Assembly: GCF_006345805.1 (NCBI RefSeq)
Contig: NC_043006.1
Coordinates: 19,530,001-19,594,000 of the forward strand
Length of the DNA stretch: 64,000 nucleotides
Reading direction: 5' to 3'
Source of the DNA: Octopus sinensis
Taxonomy: Eukaryota
The stretch's first letter is position 1; every line of letters starts with the position of its first letter. The position numbers were made by a program, and so were the translations under genes. Of the stretch, positions 40,722-53,204 are shown piece by piece. The notes under the pieces are model-generated. The model had not been told where the DNA came from, made no database searches, and saw nothing but the letters and a program-made list of their open reading frames with translations.

Positions 40722-41127
40722 GGATCTTTTCGGTTTGAACGGCAGTTTTTTTTTTAATAATTTCCACGTAACTAAACACTTAAACTTCGTATACCGGTAG
40801 AATGTGTTTATAAAACATCTTTTTCTCTTGGCTTTATTGAGAAAATTCTGTAGTTTGTAAGATATTTGTTGTTTTTTTTTTCTTCAATTTCTGCAATTTC
40901 AACCAATCAATGACCTCTATTGAGGTGAAAACATTCTGTGCCGTATGAATATATCCCTCGTTTAAGAAACAGATTGGGTTTATTTACATTTCTGAAGAAA
41001 AAAAGATACCCTTTCCCCACCCCTAAAACAGATTGAAATGCAATAGATCGATACTAGGGTCATAATTATAGGTGACAATTTCATATGACACCGCTAGAAA
41101 AAACCGCCGTTCAAACCGAAAAGGTCC
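40722..41127. mobile_element. GGATC-MITE (Merlin-like)
   Basis: TIRs; TSD CCCACCTAA (8-9 bp). Confidence 0.9.
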
Positions 41128-42113
41128 CCCACCTAAATATAACCACTGATTCTTCACAGAAAGGTTTTAAAACGTTCGTTGTTTATATGATTCTGTAAAA
41201 GCACATATAATTCGCAAATAATTTTTTTTTTTTTTTTGTAATGAGAGATGACAAGAATTTGACCGTTGACCAAGGACGATTACGCAAGACAAGAGAGCAA
41301 CATGAGAAAAAGAAAACATACTATTTACTTACATCAAATAATTTCAGGAGATCTCCAAGTTAAAGCAACGAAACAAATTTTTCAAAAGGTAGAAATTGAA
41401 TAGGTTGATTCCTTTGCGCATGTAAAAATACGCATTTAAAAGAAAAAAATTTTTTTAAGTTGCGAGGAAACCAAGTCCCGGGTGTTAGGGTTTAAGATTA
41501 TGATAAGAATTCAGCTTTTTTTTTTTTTTTTTTTTTTTAAATCAGATTCGAAACGGGAGTTTTAGTTTCAGTTTCACAATTAAATAACTGCTAAAACCTA
41601 TTTGTGATACCACTAAAAGTTTTAAACATTGGACTATATACATTGGGCTTTTTTGTTCGTTTTCCCTAAATGCCACTCTTTTTATAATTGCTCCAACCAT
41701 GCCACTTTCCTTGGGAAGGATGGCATAATTACAATTTAGTCGTCTCGCTTCGCATACAGACTGTTTCTTCGTAACTTTATTCCTTTTTTCTTAATGTATT
41801 TTATTACACGAGACTTAAAATCCACCAACTTATTTTCCATTTTAAAAATGGTCTCTTCTGAAGCTTAAATTCCTTATCTTTCACATTGAGTTAACGCTTG
41901 TAATATCTTTCGACACGATTAAATAAATGTATTATTTATTAAACAAACTCACAACCGTTTCTTTCTGTACATACTAAGATAAGATTTAAAATCATTTTTG
42001 TATTTATATTATTCTCAGAGAAAGAGAATCTTACAAAAATATATAATTCCATCAGTAACTGTCAGGGAAGGAAACAGGGTTTTTTTTAGATACATACATA
42101 TACACACACAAAA

Positions 42114-42315
42114 AGGGTTTACTGAAAAGTTCTTGGCTTTGGGTAAAAGAAAATACAGGAGGATCAGTTAATGATTTTATTCAACATATTCCCCTTTCAC
42201 ATTCGCTCATTTATTGCAGTTTTTCCAATAATCTGTAAAAGAACTCGAAAGTTTGAGCCTCCAACCAGGCCTTTCGCGACCCCCTTAAAGCCAGCAACTT
42301 TTCAGCACCCCCCCC
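42114..42315. mobile_element. ~200-bp mariner-type MITE
   Basis: Ends GGGTTTACTGAAAAGTTCTTGGCTTT / AAAGCCAGCAACTTTTCAGCACCCCC are degenerate TIRs. Confidence 0.65.
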
Positions 42316-42322
42316 CCTTTCG

Positions 42323-42344
42323 GTGTGTGTGTGTGAGTGTGTGA

Positions 42345-42420
<76 letters not shown>
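42323..42420. repeat. (GT)n(GA)n microsatellite
   Basis: Direct inspection. Confidence 0.96.
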
Positions 42421-42424
<4 letters not shown>

Positions 42425-43130
42425 TAGTTTCCACTGTTTCAGTCAAGACATTTCTAGAAACAAATGTTCAAATAATATAGTATATAAAATTTTAGTAAAA
42501 TTCATTTTATATTAGGGGACACAAATACCTAAAAAAAAATTTACAAATGGAAAGGTGTACAGGAATAACATTAAGCTCATAATTGTTTTAGTATTTATTG
42601 GAAAAGTCTATGTAAATGTCTCCATTCGGAATCCTTTTCGTTTTCTTCCGACCACTTGACAAATTATCAATGGATGGTTTTCAAATTTTCCATACATATG
42701 TAGTCTGGCATGCTGACGAATAACAAATTTGTTCTGTTAAATTTTTGGTGATTTTTTTTTGTTTTTTTTTTTTGTAAATCAAACAAGATAGAAGTACTTA
42801 GATTATATATTTTTAGGCAAGAAATGAATCCAGTGTCATCACAAGCAGAAGCCGAAACTGATTGCTGCCATAGCAACAAACATTAACAATGCAGACAATT
42901 TCGTTTATTTCATAAACATTTACTTTTACAAGGGAACGGTGAAAATTAAAGGAGTTTTAAAATATTTTAATGGGGAGGGGCATTCAAAATAGAAGGCTTT
43001 AAAGGAAAAAAGAAAAAGACTTTAATGAAAGTAAAATAACCAAAACAGAAGTTTTTTTAAAAGAATAGAAAGGGATTTAATTGAAAGACAATGATGAGAC
43101 AGATTCAACCTGCCGCTAGAAATAACAGCC

Positions 43131-43176
<46 letters not shown>

Positions 43177-43404
43177 TAAGTAATTAAGGGTTTAGCAACG
43201 ATTTGCTTCACCACACACCGAATTTAGAAATAGCACTCAAAGAGTTATGGCTATTCTTTCTACTTAAAAGTGGTGAAGCAAATCGTTGCTAAACCCTTAA
43301 TTACTTAAACCTTCCTTGAATGGGACATTTACATGCCGAAATCTACTTGGTGAAATTAATGATTATTCCAAATTAATTAATTTCACCCTATATTATTATT
43401 GATA

Positions 43405-43435
<31 letters not shown>

Positions 43436-44116
43436 CTACGCACCCAATATAAGGTCTCTGTAAGCAATGCAAGGTCTCCTGAGGATCCATTGCGGTTAGG
43501 CGTATAAATGCAATCGGAACATCAAATTTTAAGTTCCAAATAAATGCAATGGTTAAACGTACCGAAGAACTAACGATTAATACTGGTCTTTATCTTAATT
43601 TTCCACTATATATGCTCTGTATATCAAAACTAGTTACAGCGCTAAGGACAGTAGCATACTAACAACTCTATTGAAAGTTGCCTGGATACCAATAACGTAC
43701 AGTACTAGTTGTACTTAAACTGAACGCACACATTAATATATATAAACATTAAGATTATTAGTAAAGGTAATCCCTTACTATTTATATATATTTCTACAGA
43801 AAATAAAGGACTTCTTGAACACAAGAATGGTTGTTTAAAGAGGTAAGAAAAATCTAGTAAATACCCTTAGAAGACGGGAAAAGTGGCCAGCACGCTTCTA
43901 CAAAAAAGAATCGAACCCTGTACCTCTCGAATTCCAACTCCCGGCAGAACTAAATCTTGTATGAATTGCTAAATCGAGTTTCTTATTCTCAGATAGAAAT
44001 TCTTCGAGTGTATTACGATCTCGGAAAATTACGGCGGAAAAGAAATCGCCTGCAAAATAATTTTTGTAATTGCACCAATCCCGATTCTTTACAAAAGAAT
44101 TAATTAATGAAGCGGA

Positions 44117-44130
44117 GTTGCCATGACAAC
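44117..44130. promoter_or_regulatory. RFX X-box-like site
   Basis: GTTGCCATGACAAC, one mismatch to GTTGCCATGGCAAC; ATTGG (CCAAT) about 35 bp away; lies in a repeat-free island. Confidence 0.5.
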
Positions 44131-44498
44131 AGTTTCCACTACCGTTGTGAGGTTTAAAATTCATTGGCTAAAAATACCTAACATTAAATGCTTTTAACTT
44201 CTTTATAGCTTTTCCTAAATAACTGTAATGTTCGTCACCAACATGCAAGACTATATAAAAAGTATATTTTTGAAAATTCTCATATTAAAATTTGTGGTTG
44301 AGAGAAAAGAATTTTTTATAACATATCAGGTGTTTGTTCTGTTATTGGCAAGAGGGCTTCATAACACCTGCTTAACTGATGAAACCTATTCGGTTTAGAC
44401 ACACACCTCAAAAAAAATTACAAATGGAAAGGTGTACTAGATCATTGATAGTTATTTTTAAATATTCTTTATCGGAAAAGTCTAAATACCTCAATTTT

Positions 44499-45071
44499 CT
44501 ATAACATATCAGGTGTTTCTTCTATTATTGGCGAGAGGACTTCACAATACTTGCTTATATGTGGAAACCTATTCGGTTTAAACATTGCTTGTTCACAATC
44601 GAAATGTTCAAAGGCATCTTTCAGCATTTGACGACGCCTTTCGGCAGGAGAGAAAATGTTTAGCAACATTCTCAAAGTACAATTCCCGAAGAAAGATTGT
44701 TTTACGGTTTTACAGGAAAATATTTCGTAGGATTCTCTCGCATTTGAAGCTCTTCCGACTTTATTTGACATACCCACATCTGTCAGTTCCGAAAAGACTT
44801 CGGGAGGTGAACTTGCTTTCTCTCTTTCCCGGTTTGGTTCTACAGATTCAAATCTTCGTCGATTCTGTGAGGCGGGTGAAAGAATTGGAGATGTCGAGAT
44901 GACAGCTATAGGTACGGTCTCATTCTCGAGATGTCGATTGCAGTTTACTGAAAACGGAAGTTCATTTTCTTGTCTGACATAATAACAATTTTTGCCTTCT
45001 TTAGTGGAAAATAGTGTAGGAGAAAATGGAAAACGTACGTAGGGAAAACAGCTACTCAATAGACTTCCCAT
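44499..45071 (-). CDS. Putative intronless orphan protein, 190 aa (MGSLLSSC... LSPIIEETPDML)
   Basis: Longest non-repeat ORF in the window; real ATG at 45071 (the track starts at a GTG). It has a myristoylation-type N-terminus and no recognised domain. Confidence 0.55.
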   Translation of the reverse strand: MGSLLSSCFPYVRFPFSPTLFSTKEGKNCYYVRQENELPFSVNCNRHLENETVPIAVISTSPILSPASQNRRRFESVEPNREREKASSPPEVFSELTDVGMSNKVGRASNARESYEIFSCKTVKQSFFGNCTLRMLLNIFSPAERRRQMLKDAFEHFDCEQAMFKPNRFPHISKYCEVLSPIIEETPDML

Positions 45072-45833
45072 CACTGTAATGATCTCAACACAGTTTCACT
45101 TCAGCTTCGTTTTCAAATCAATATCACTTTGCCTTCGAGGTACATAAAATATTTCCAATAAACTTCACTACCTAAAATTTGATTCTATATTTTCTCGAGA
45201 ACATATTTGAATATTGATTTGAATATCAAATTTCTTTGTAAATGTTATTCTTATTTCAGCTAGCTCAATTTTGAAAAATCCCTTTTTACGACGGATTCCA
45301 TTTTAGATCTCAAGAGTTTCAACAGATATCTCACAAATTTCTCTTCAAAATGCAAGTAATCATTTCAATGAATAGAACAGTCCAATTAATCACAAGAATA
45401 TTATACAAATTATTCCTTTATCAGAAATAAGTAGACTAGGCGTTTTGGAACAATAGATAATTGTTTCGAATCTTGTATGAATTGCTAAATCGAGTTTCTT
45501 ATTATCAGATAGAAATTTCTCATATAGAGACAAGGACAATAATTTTGAAGAAAAAGATTAGGATTTAGTCGATACCATTGACTCTAGTACTTGCGTGGAA
45601 CTTTATCAACTTCGTGAGATTGAAAGGCAAAAGTTAACTTCCACAAGTGTTGAACGCAGAACGTAAAGATCCGGGAAAAACATACCACAAAGGATCTTTG
45701 CAACGTTTTAACTATTCTACCAGTTCGCTACTTTCTTGCCTTCAGATAATGGCTTAGAAGTTTTGTAGGTGGAGCAATGACATGCATTAAGTCGTGGGGA
45801 ATTAATGCAATTCGATGTCCTTTGAAAATATCC

Positions 45834-45835
<2 letters not shown>

Positions 45836-45911
<76 letters not shown>

Positions 45912-45912
45912 T
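45836..45912. repeat. (TA)n microsatellite
   Basis: Direct inspection. Confidence 0.96.
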
Positions 45913-46259
45913 AGCGTCGAGACGACCAACATCTTGTGAGCGGTTTAGGCAGAAACTGAAAGTACTCCGTCGTGAACATATATACATATGTATATATATA
46001 TTGTATCTTTTAGTGCCTTATTACTTAACACACTCACCGATTCGATTCCCATTCATTTACTTATACTTTCTAAAATTTTCGTTATTTTCGTTGCGTCTTG
46101 CAGCCTTTAGTAAATGAGTGCAAATCGAACCAGCGTGAGTGTTAATTAAGTAATAAGGCACTAAAAGAGAATGACTCTCCAAACACAATGAAATATGCTT
46201 CAACACGCGAATTCACATAAAGAATCATGCAAACCAAATATATGCTTGACCGTTAAATC

Positions 46260-46640
46260 CACAAGTTTTTTTTTATTCTCTTTCTGTTTGTTTTCTCTTA
46301 TTCCTCTCTGTTGAAGAACGCAAGCTCGAAATGTAAAAGACTTTTTTTCACTTTCCTGAGCATCAAACTATACACCTGCTTGTTGTTCATACACCTGTCT
46401 TCTATTGTTTTTCTGTAAATTTCAAGTATATATTTATATACATAGTTAATAAAAAAAACGGAGAAAAATGACAACAAAAAAGCAACAACGCGAGGGCGTG
46501 GTACATGCAAAGTATTAATAAGACGCTCAGGGAAGGAAAGAAAGAAAGAAAGGGTGTTTTACGTTTCGGGCAAAGCTCTTCTTCAGAAACAGGAGACAGA
46601 GGAAAGTCCAAAAGAAAAGGAAGACGGGGGGGAAAAAACT
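46260..46640. mobile_element. Two convergent Penelope-like pLTR fragments, each with a minimal hammerhead motif
   Basis: Plus strand 46303-46340 (decayed); minus strand 46555-46591 reads TGTTT-CTGAAGA-A-GAGC ttt GCCC-GAAAC-GTA-AAACA. Confidence 0.65.
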
Positions 46641-46907
46641 GCTTACATGTAGTTATATATATATGGGGGTATCCATGCGCATATATCTTTGCGTATGCGT
46701 TTGTCCCCATCACCTCTTGACAACCGGCCGGTGTTGCTTTCTTTTATGTCCCATAACTTAGCGGTTGGGTAATAGAGACCGAAAGAACAAGTACTACGAT
46801 TAAAAGTAAGTACTGATATCGATTAGTCCGACTAATCGACATCAGTACTTGTAAGCGATGTCCCAACATGGCTACACTACAATGACTCAAGCAAGAAAAA
46901 GACAGTA

Positions 46908-47137
46908 TGTGCATTAAGGTTATCATTGGTTTCATCTTAAGAAAAATATCTTAATATCTTAACAATTTTTCAAACCGATCATATGGAGAAATGATATTCG
47001 TCTCCATTTTGGATGAAATCACAAAATGTCTCATCCAAAATGAAGATGAACACCATTCCTCCATGTCATCGGCTTGAAAAATTAAGATTAATTAATACTT
47101 TTTCTAACATGAAACCTATGGTAGCTTTAATACACAT
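46908..47137. repeat. Degenerate ~230-bp palindrome (old MITE-like)
   Basis: Arms match around the centre CATTTTGGATGA...TCATCCAAAATG. Confidence 0.7.
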
Positions 47138-47191
47138 ATGAAGAAATTTTATCCACCAATGTGGTGTTGGGCACTCATTTTCGCTATTCGA

Positions 47192-47233
<42 letters not shown>

Positions 47234-47645
47234 AGCTCCTAAATTTTTCGTTAAAATCTAGATATTTTTCTATTGTTTTATTAAAGCTTAGTAGTTTCAG
47301 TAGCGGAGTTCTATAGAATCAACATGTATTCAGATGGCTGTTTCAGAATGGGAGCTTCTGCGCACAAAAGTTGGTTAGGCGGTTTCTCTGACTAAAGCAA
47401 AATCAAATTACAGGAATTTCTGGAAATCTACGTTCCAAAACATAGGGAAGTGGACTGAAGTTCCTGAGTTTTGCTTTCGAGAAAAGCTTATACTGGAGAA
47501 ATTTGAACTGTGGAAGCTGTAATTCAACATTTCTTCTTTTTTGTATATGGTGTGGTAATATTTTCTAAATGATGAGTGGAACGGACAAGATAAAACCTGA
47601 TATCTACACTGCTTCAGGGTGTGACAAAGTAGGTATATATGAGAT

Positions 47646-48030
47646 GTGGAAGCGCAATGGCCCAGTGGTTAGGGCAGCGGACTCGCGGTCGTAGGATCGC
47701 GGTTTCGATTCCCAGATCGGGCGTTGTGGGTGTTTATTGAGCGAAAACACCTAAAGCTCCACGAGGCTCCGGCAGGGATGGTGGTGATCCCTGCTGTACT
47801 CTTTCACCACAACTGTCTCTCACTCTTACTTCCTGTTTCTGTTGTACCTGTATTTCAAAGGGCCGGCCTTGTCACTCTCTGTGTCACGCTGAATATCCCT
47901 GAGAACTCCGTTAAGGGTACACGTGTCTGTGGAGTGCTCAGCCACTTACACGTTAATTTCACGAGCAGGCTGTTCCGTTGGTCGGATCAACCGGAACCCT
48001 CGTCGTCGGAACCTACGGAGTGCTTCCATC
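47646..48030 (+). mobile_element. SINE family A
   Basis: TSD ATATATGAGAT. Confidence 0.95.
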
Positions 48031-48076
48031 ATATATGAGATATAGTAGTGATCCAGTAACAATTTTACACTACTTG

Positions 48077-48450
48077 TGGCTGTGTGGTCCCTAGCCACGT
48101 GGTCCTGGGTTCAATCCCACTGACCGGTGCTTTGTGCAAGTGTTTTTTGTTATAGCCCCGGCCCGACCAAAGCCTTAAGAGAGGATTTGGGAGGAGGAAA
48201 CTGAAAGAAGCCCGTCATGTAAATATATGCGTTTGTGTGTGTCTTTATGTGTGAGATGTGATTGTCCACCATCCCTGCTTGACAACTGTCATTGACGTCC
48301 CCGTAAATTAGCGGTTTAGCAAAAGAGATCGACAGAATAATTACAAGGTTTTGCAAAGAATAATCACTGGAGTTACTCTGTTCGATTAAACACTTGAGTG
48401 CGATGTTCCAGCTTGGCCGCAGTTTAATGACTGATACAAGTAAAAGCTAA
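48077..48450 (+). mobile_element. SINE family C (diverged)
   Basis: Head, GGAAACTGAAAGAAGCCCGTC, and CAGCTTGGCCGCAG tail. Confidence 0.8.
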
Positions 48451-49829
48451 AATTAAAATATACTTCTATTTAATCTTGTATATTTCATATCTTTGGAGGA
48501 CTATCCGGAGTCCAATTAATCTTCTCATCAATCAACCTGATTAGTGATCTTGCTAATTAGATCAAAATTCAGATTAATCGATTGTAAATATTGCCGTGCA
48601 ACCTTCAGTAGCTAAATCATTTGGCATTTCAAACTTCGATGATCATCAGAAAATAAAATAGATTAATTAAGGGATCATTTAAATGTACCGGACATTTGGT
48701 GCAATAGTTATATATTGGCGCAGTTTTAGAACAAGCGGAATTAAGAAATAAGCTTCGCAATCATTTGGTTCTACATTCGATTTCACTATGGGCTATATTA
48801 GGCGTATGCCATCTACCATACCCACGAGTAGACCCTACACTTTTGAGTGAAATTGAGTTAGTAGAAACTGTACGGAAACCTGTTGGATTGTACCTGTTTG
48901 TAGGAAATATTCTTGACACCACCTCCTGGTTATTGAGTGCCTTTAGCATAGTCCACATTGTTACATTTGTACCTGATCTCCAATCTAAGGATACCCTAGG
49001 AGTTTAGGTTTCTTCCACCCCTTCTCTCTTGCTCTCTCTATCTATCTCACTCTTCTCACCAGTCTTAGTTGAGAAGGAAACCTTAGAATTTCTGATAAAT
49101 TCATTTGTTCTTTTACTTGCTTTAGTCGTTAGACTACAGCCATGCTGGGGTACCATCTTGAAGCGTTTTTCAATCAGACCCCAATACATGCGCGCCTTAG
49201 TCAGCCTAAAGCTATAAAAGAAACACTTACCCAGACGTTTCACTATAGGATTGAACGCGAAACCACCTGGTTATGGAGTGAAGTTTTCAATCACACAATT
49301 ATGCTATCGCAAAGACGAATACTATTTCAATAATCAGATTTATGAATCTGTTTGACAGGAATATATATTTTTAGCAAAGGTATTGTGTAAATTTATGGAT
49401 TCAGTCCAATCTGCATTTTGCTGCACTCTACAGGGAAAACCTACAGGATAACTGTGTCTATATTGAGAAATACTATTTTGTCACTAAAAATAAAGTGAAA
49501 ACTTATTGTAGCTTTGAGCAATATAAATCAGACTTAAACACCATACAAATGAAGTAGATATCAGATAAATACAGGCGTCACCACGTCGTAAGAGGTTTGC
49601 ATCTCACTCACATGGCTGTGCGTTCAGTCGGTCTGCGTGGTATGTTAGACAAATGAATAGCTTTGGCACACGGAAACTGAAAGAAGTGGGTCATATATAT
49701 ATATTAATACACTACCGAAAGAGCTGCTAATAGTTTCAAGCCTTTACGATACTTTCAGGTTCTGTTTATGTGTTATATATATATTTTAAAAAGCATGACT
49801 CTGTTTTGGTTGTATATTAAACTGATATT

Positions 49830-50247
49830 GGATCTTTTCGGTTTGAACAGCAGTTTTTAACATAATTTCTAGGTAACTAAAACATTTTAAACTTCGTATA
49901 CTGCTAGAATGTGTTTATAAAACATCTTTTTCTCTTGGCTTTATTGAGAAAATTCTATAGTTTGTAAGATATTTGTTGTTTTTTTTTGTTTCTTCAATTT
50001 CTGAAATTTCAATCAATCAATGACCGTCTATTGAGGTGAAAACATTCTGTGCCGTATGAATATGTCCCTTGTTTAAGAAACAGATTGTGTTTATTTACAT
50101 TTCTGAAGAAAAAAAGATACCCTTTGCCCACCCCTAACCAACCCTAAAATAGATTGAAATGCAATAGATCGATACTAGAGTCATAATTATGGGTGACAAT
50201 TTCATATGACACCGCTAGAAAAACTGCCGTTCAAACCGAAAAGATCC
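49830..50247. mobile_element. GGATC-MITE (Merlin-like)
   Basis: Both TIRs present; no TSD recognisable. Confidence 0.88.
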
Positions 50248-51479
50248 TAAAATTCTAGAAAATGATAATAAAAAAATTACCTCAAACATGTTTATATAAT
50301 TTTACTTGTTTCAGTCATCGGCCCTGCAGGGCATCACCTTGAAGGGTTTACTGGAATAAATCTCCACCATCACTCATTTCATTTAAAGTCTTTGAGTGAG
50401 TCTATAAGTTTCTTTTGCCGAACTGCTAAAGTTGTGAAGACGTAAACAAACCAAAACTGGGGAGACACACACACATATATCAACATTGACTGTAAAGATG
50501 CATGGTGCGTCATGTGTCAGAGATCGAAGTGACTGCGAAGTAACGTAAAATAAAGTATTTTTGCTCAAAAATGCAACGCACTGCTGGGTCTGAGAATCGA
50601 AACCACAATCTTACGATCTGGAATGCAGTACACCCATATTTAAATAATTGAGTATAAGAAATCTATTTAATATTTCCGACTTTATCTAAGTCGAGTGAGC
50701 AAGTCAAAACTGTATCAAAATGCTATAGCAAAGAATATGGACAAGAAAATATATTATACAAATAATGCTTTATAATACAAAAAAATTATGTTAGCATCAA
50801 GTATATATATATTGAAAAAGCCACAAGATAAGGATTCTTGATTTTTTTTTTTACACATGACCGTTGAGATCTGAGCTTTCAAAATTTGTGACTTTAACAA
50901 TTCGTCACCAGAATCTTGGAGTAAGAGCTGAATGTAAGAAACTCAAACCGCATTAGAGCTTTATGCCTTTCTTCATTTTTTTTTTTTTGTCAAAATACAA
51001 CTCCTTATATTTTATACGAAGCTAAACGTGGTGTGTCCTTTCCATACCTTTTCACAGGTCATTGGTGATCTTTGTGAAATTGGTGTCGTGTTGAAATCTG
51101 GTGGGGGTTAGGAATTGCGTCTTTAATCTACAGTAATTTAATTTATAATACAGACACTCTGTCAGTCATTTTAATTTGTCTCTAAACATTTTATATCTTA
51201 TCTAGAATTATTGACTTGACTATAAGTTATTGGTTTCAGGCAGTTGTTAATTGCATTCCACATCTTTTTTTTTTTTTTTTAATCAATACAAATAAAAGTT
51301 TGTTTCAAAGTTCTTGATAAAAACTTTATATTTCAAAACGCCTTTTAATCATACACTTCCAGAAGTGTTTGATAATAGGGTTTAATTGCCCAACCACCTC
51401 ACCTCCTTACATCATGCGATAATTAATAGCTTTAAGACTCAGTCATAGCGTCGCAGTGAGATAATTAATGTAGTTCAAA

Positions 51480-51932
51480 ATGGGTTGTGATCATTCGAGT
51501 CTTTTCAAACGTCTCTGGTCTAAAACACGAGAAACTTGTGTGAAAAATAATTCGCCGAAATTGATTAATTTCAAATCTGTACTCCATTCTAAAAATATCA
51601 CAGACTCGTGTGACTTGCCAGATATTTTAAATGGTTCTTATTTCTCAAAGGAGCAAACTATGACAGGAGATTTTCCCAAAATCAACTTCGAAAACTGTTC
51701 TATTGTTCAGTGGCATCAACCAAGTCCCACTTACGATTCCTCAACTTTGCATGTGAAACGAGTTCCAGAGATGGATACCCGAATAGCTTTGAGTACACCA
51801 GACATCGTAATGGTAAGGAATAATTTCACTGACTCTCCTTCAGCGTGGAAACCGTCAGAATTGAAGAACAGTGTTAACCAGCTTTACCAATGTTCAACAC
51901 CAACACATTACTGCAAGCTGCAAAAGAACTGA
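51480..51932 (+). CDS. Putative intronless orphan protein, 150 aa (MGCDHSSLFKRLW...)
   Basis: CAAAATGG start context, MGC-x-x-S N-terminus, ~2.5-kb repeat-free island with an AT-rich downstream tract; no recognised domain. Confidence 0.55.
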   Translation: MGCDHSSLFKRLWSKTRETCVKNNSPKLINFKSVLHSKNITDSCDLPDILNGSYFSKEQTMTGDFPKINFENCSIVQWHQPSPTYDSSTLHVKRVPEMDTRIALSTPDIVMVRNNFTDSPSAWKPSELKNSVNQLYQCSTPTHYCKLQKN

Positions 51933-53204
51933 CTATTATTAACCCTCAATACAATGTGTATTTTCATAAAAAGCGATTTCCTCAATTTACCTCTAATTAA
52001 ACATCAATGTATTCGTATTAAAACATTTCCTTCTCTGCTGGACTGTGAAACATTTATGGACTCTAAATAATGAAATATTTTATTTTCTTTGCTTTTGTTT
52101 AAGTGAAACTACAGTTTTTTTGTTTAATCATTTACTTCCGAATTAAATCAATTCCTACTTGAAGTATTTTCTATATGGAGCATTTTAATTGTCTGCTTCT
52201 ATGTCTTTATAACTATTTACAGTATATTTTATCCTTTATCTTAATTTTACTTTTTAAATCTATTTAATCAAACTTGTCAAGAATTTTCGTGTTCATACTA
52301 TCGACATCTTTCACTTAAGATTACTATAAGAACTATTAACAGTTATGTCATCTGTAAAATCTATATTTTTTACATATTAGTCAGCTTCTAATTTAATTTG
52401 TTCATGACAGAATCACAATTATTTAAATTGCCTGATATTTCAGACTAATAGCAATGATTTTATATTCCATCCTTTTACCTTTTGATTCTATATTTTTCCT
52501 TAATCTCAAAGTGCGTCCTTTTTATTTTGCTAACCAGAGGTCGAACCTCTAGCTGTTTGTTGTATAATACGTATCAATATTTTCCTATAAAATAAAATAG
52601 CTTGGATAAAATTTGAACTCCGTAACCTGAGATATCTTGGCTCACTGCTGTGAATAATCTAAAGTAACATTTTTCTATATTTTCTTTTACTGTTCATATC
52701 TTCTTGAGGTATCCATAACTTTATTTCCATGTTACAAGAAAGTGACAATAGGAGACGTTAGTTATCTGTGCATGCAGTGTTAAAATTAAACTTATATTTG
52801 CTAAGTCTCTCTCTATGTATATATTGGATTATGCGTGTATTTGGAAAAGCTGAAGGCTCTTCAATAGTTTTGACTGAAGTAACTCTGAACTTCTATTAAA
52901 TGAAATTAACAAAATATAAATACATTGCTATAAAACCAACAGCTATTCTCACCCGTTGGCAAGATCTTCTATCTATGTCTTTTTCGCATCCTGGTATATA
53001 TAAGTAAAAAAGTACTGGAATCAACCAACGTTGTTTCATTGTGTTTGAAGAAAAGTGTCGGTTCAGAAACTTGTAAACTAAGAGAATATATGTAACGATG
53101 GTCCAGTTGTATAATCATTAAGATTGGGTAAATCTCACTTTACCGAATATGACCCCAACCGGGAAATTACTGAATCCAAAGATAATTGGAATTTTTTGAA
53201 ACGG

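Noticed and set aside
43898-44902. ORFs 43898-44164 (-) and 44585-44902 (+)
   Set aside because: The first is short and overlaps promoter-like motifs; the second is the antisense shadow of the 190-aa ORF and has no ATG start.
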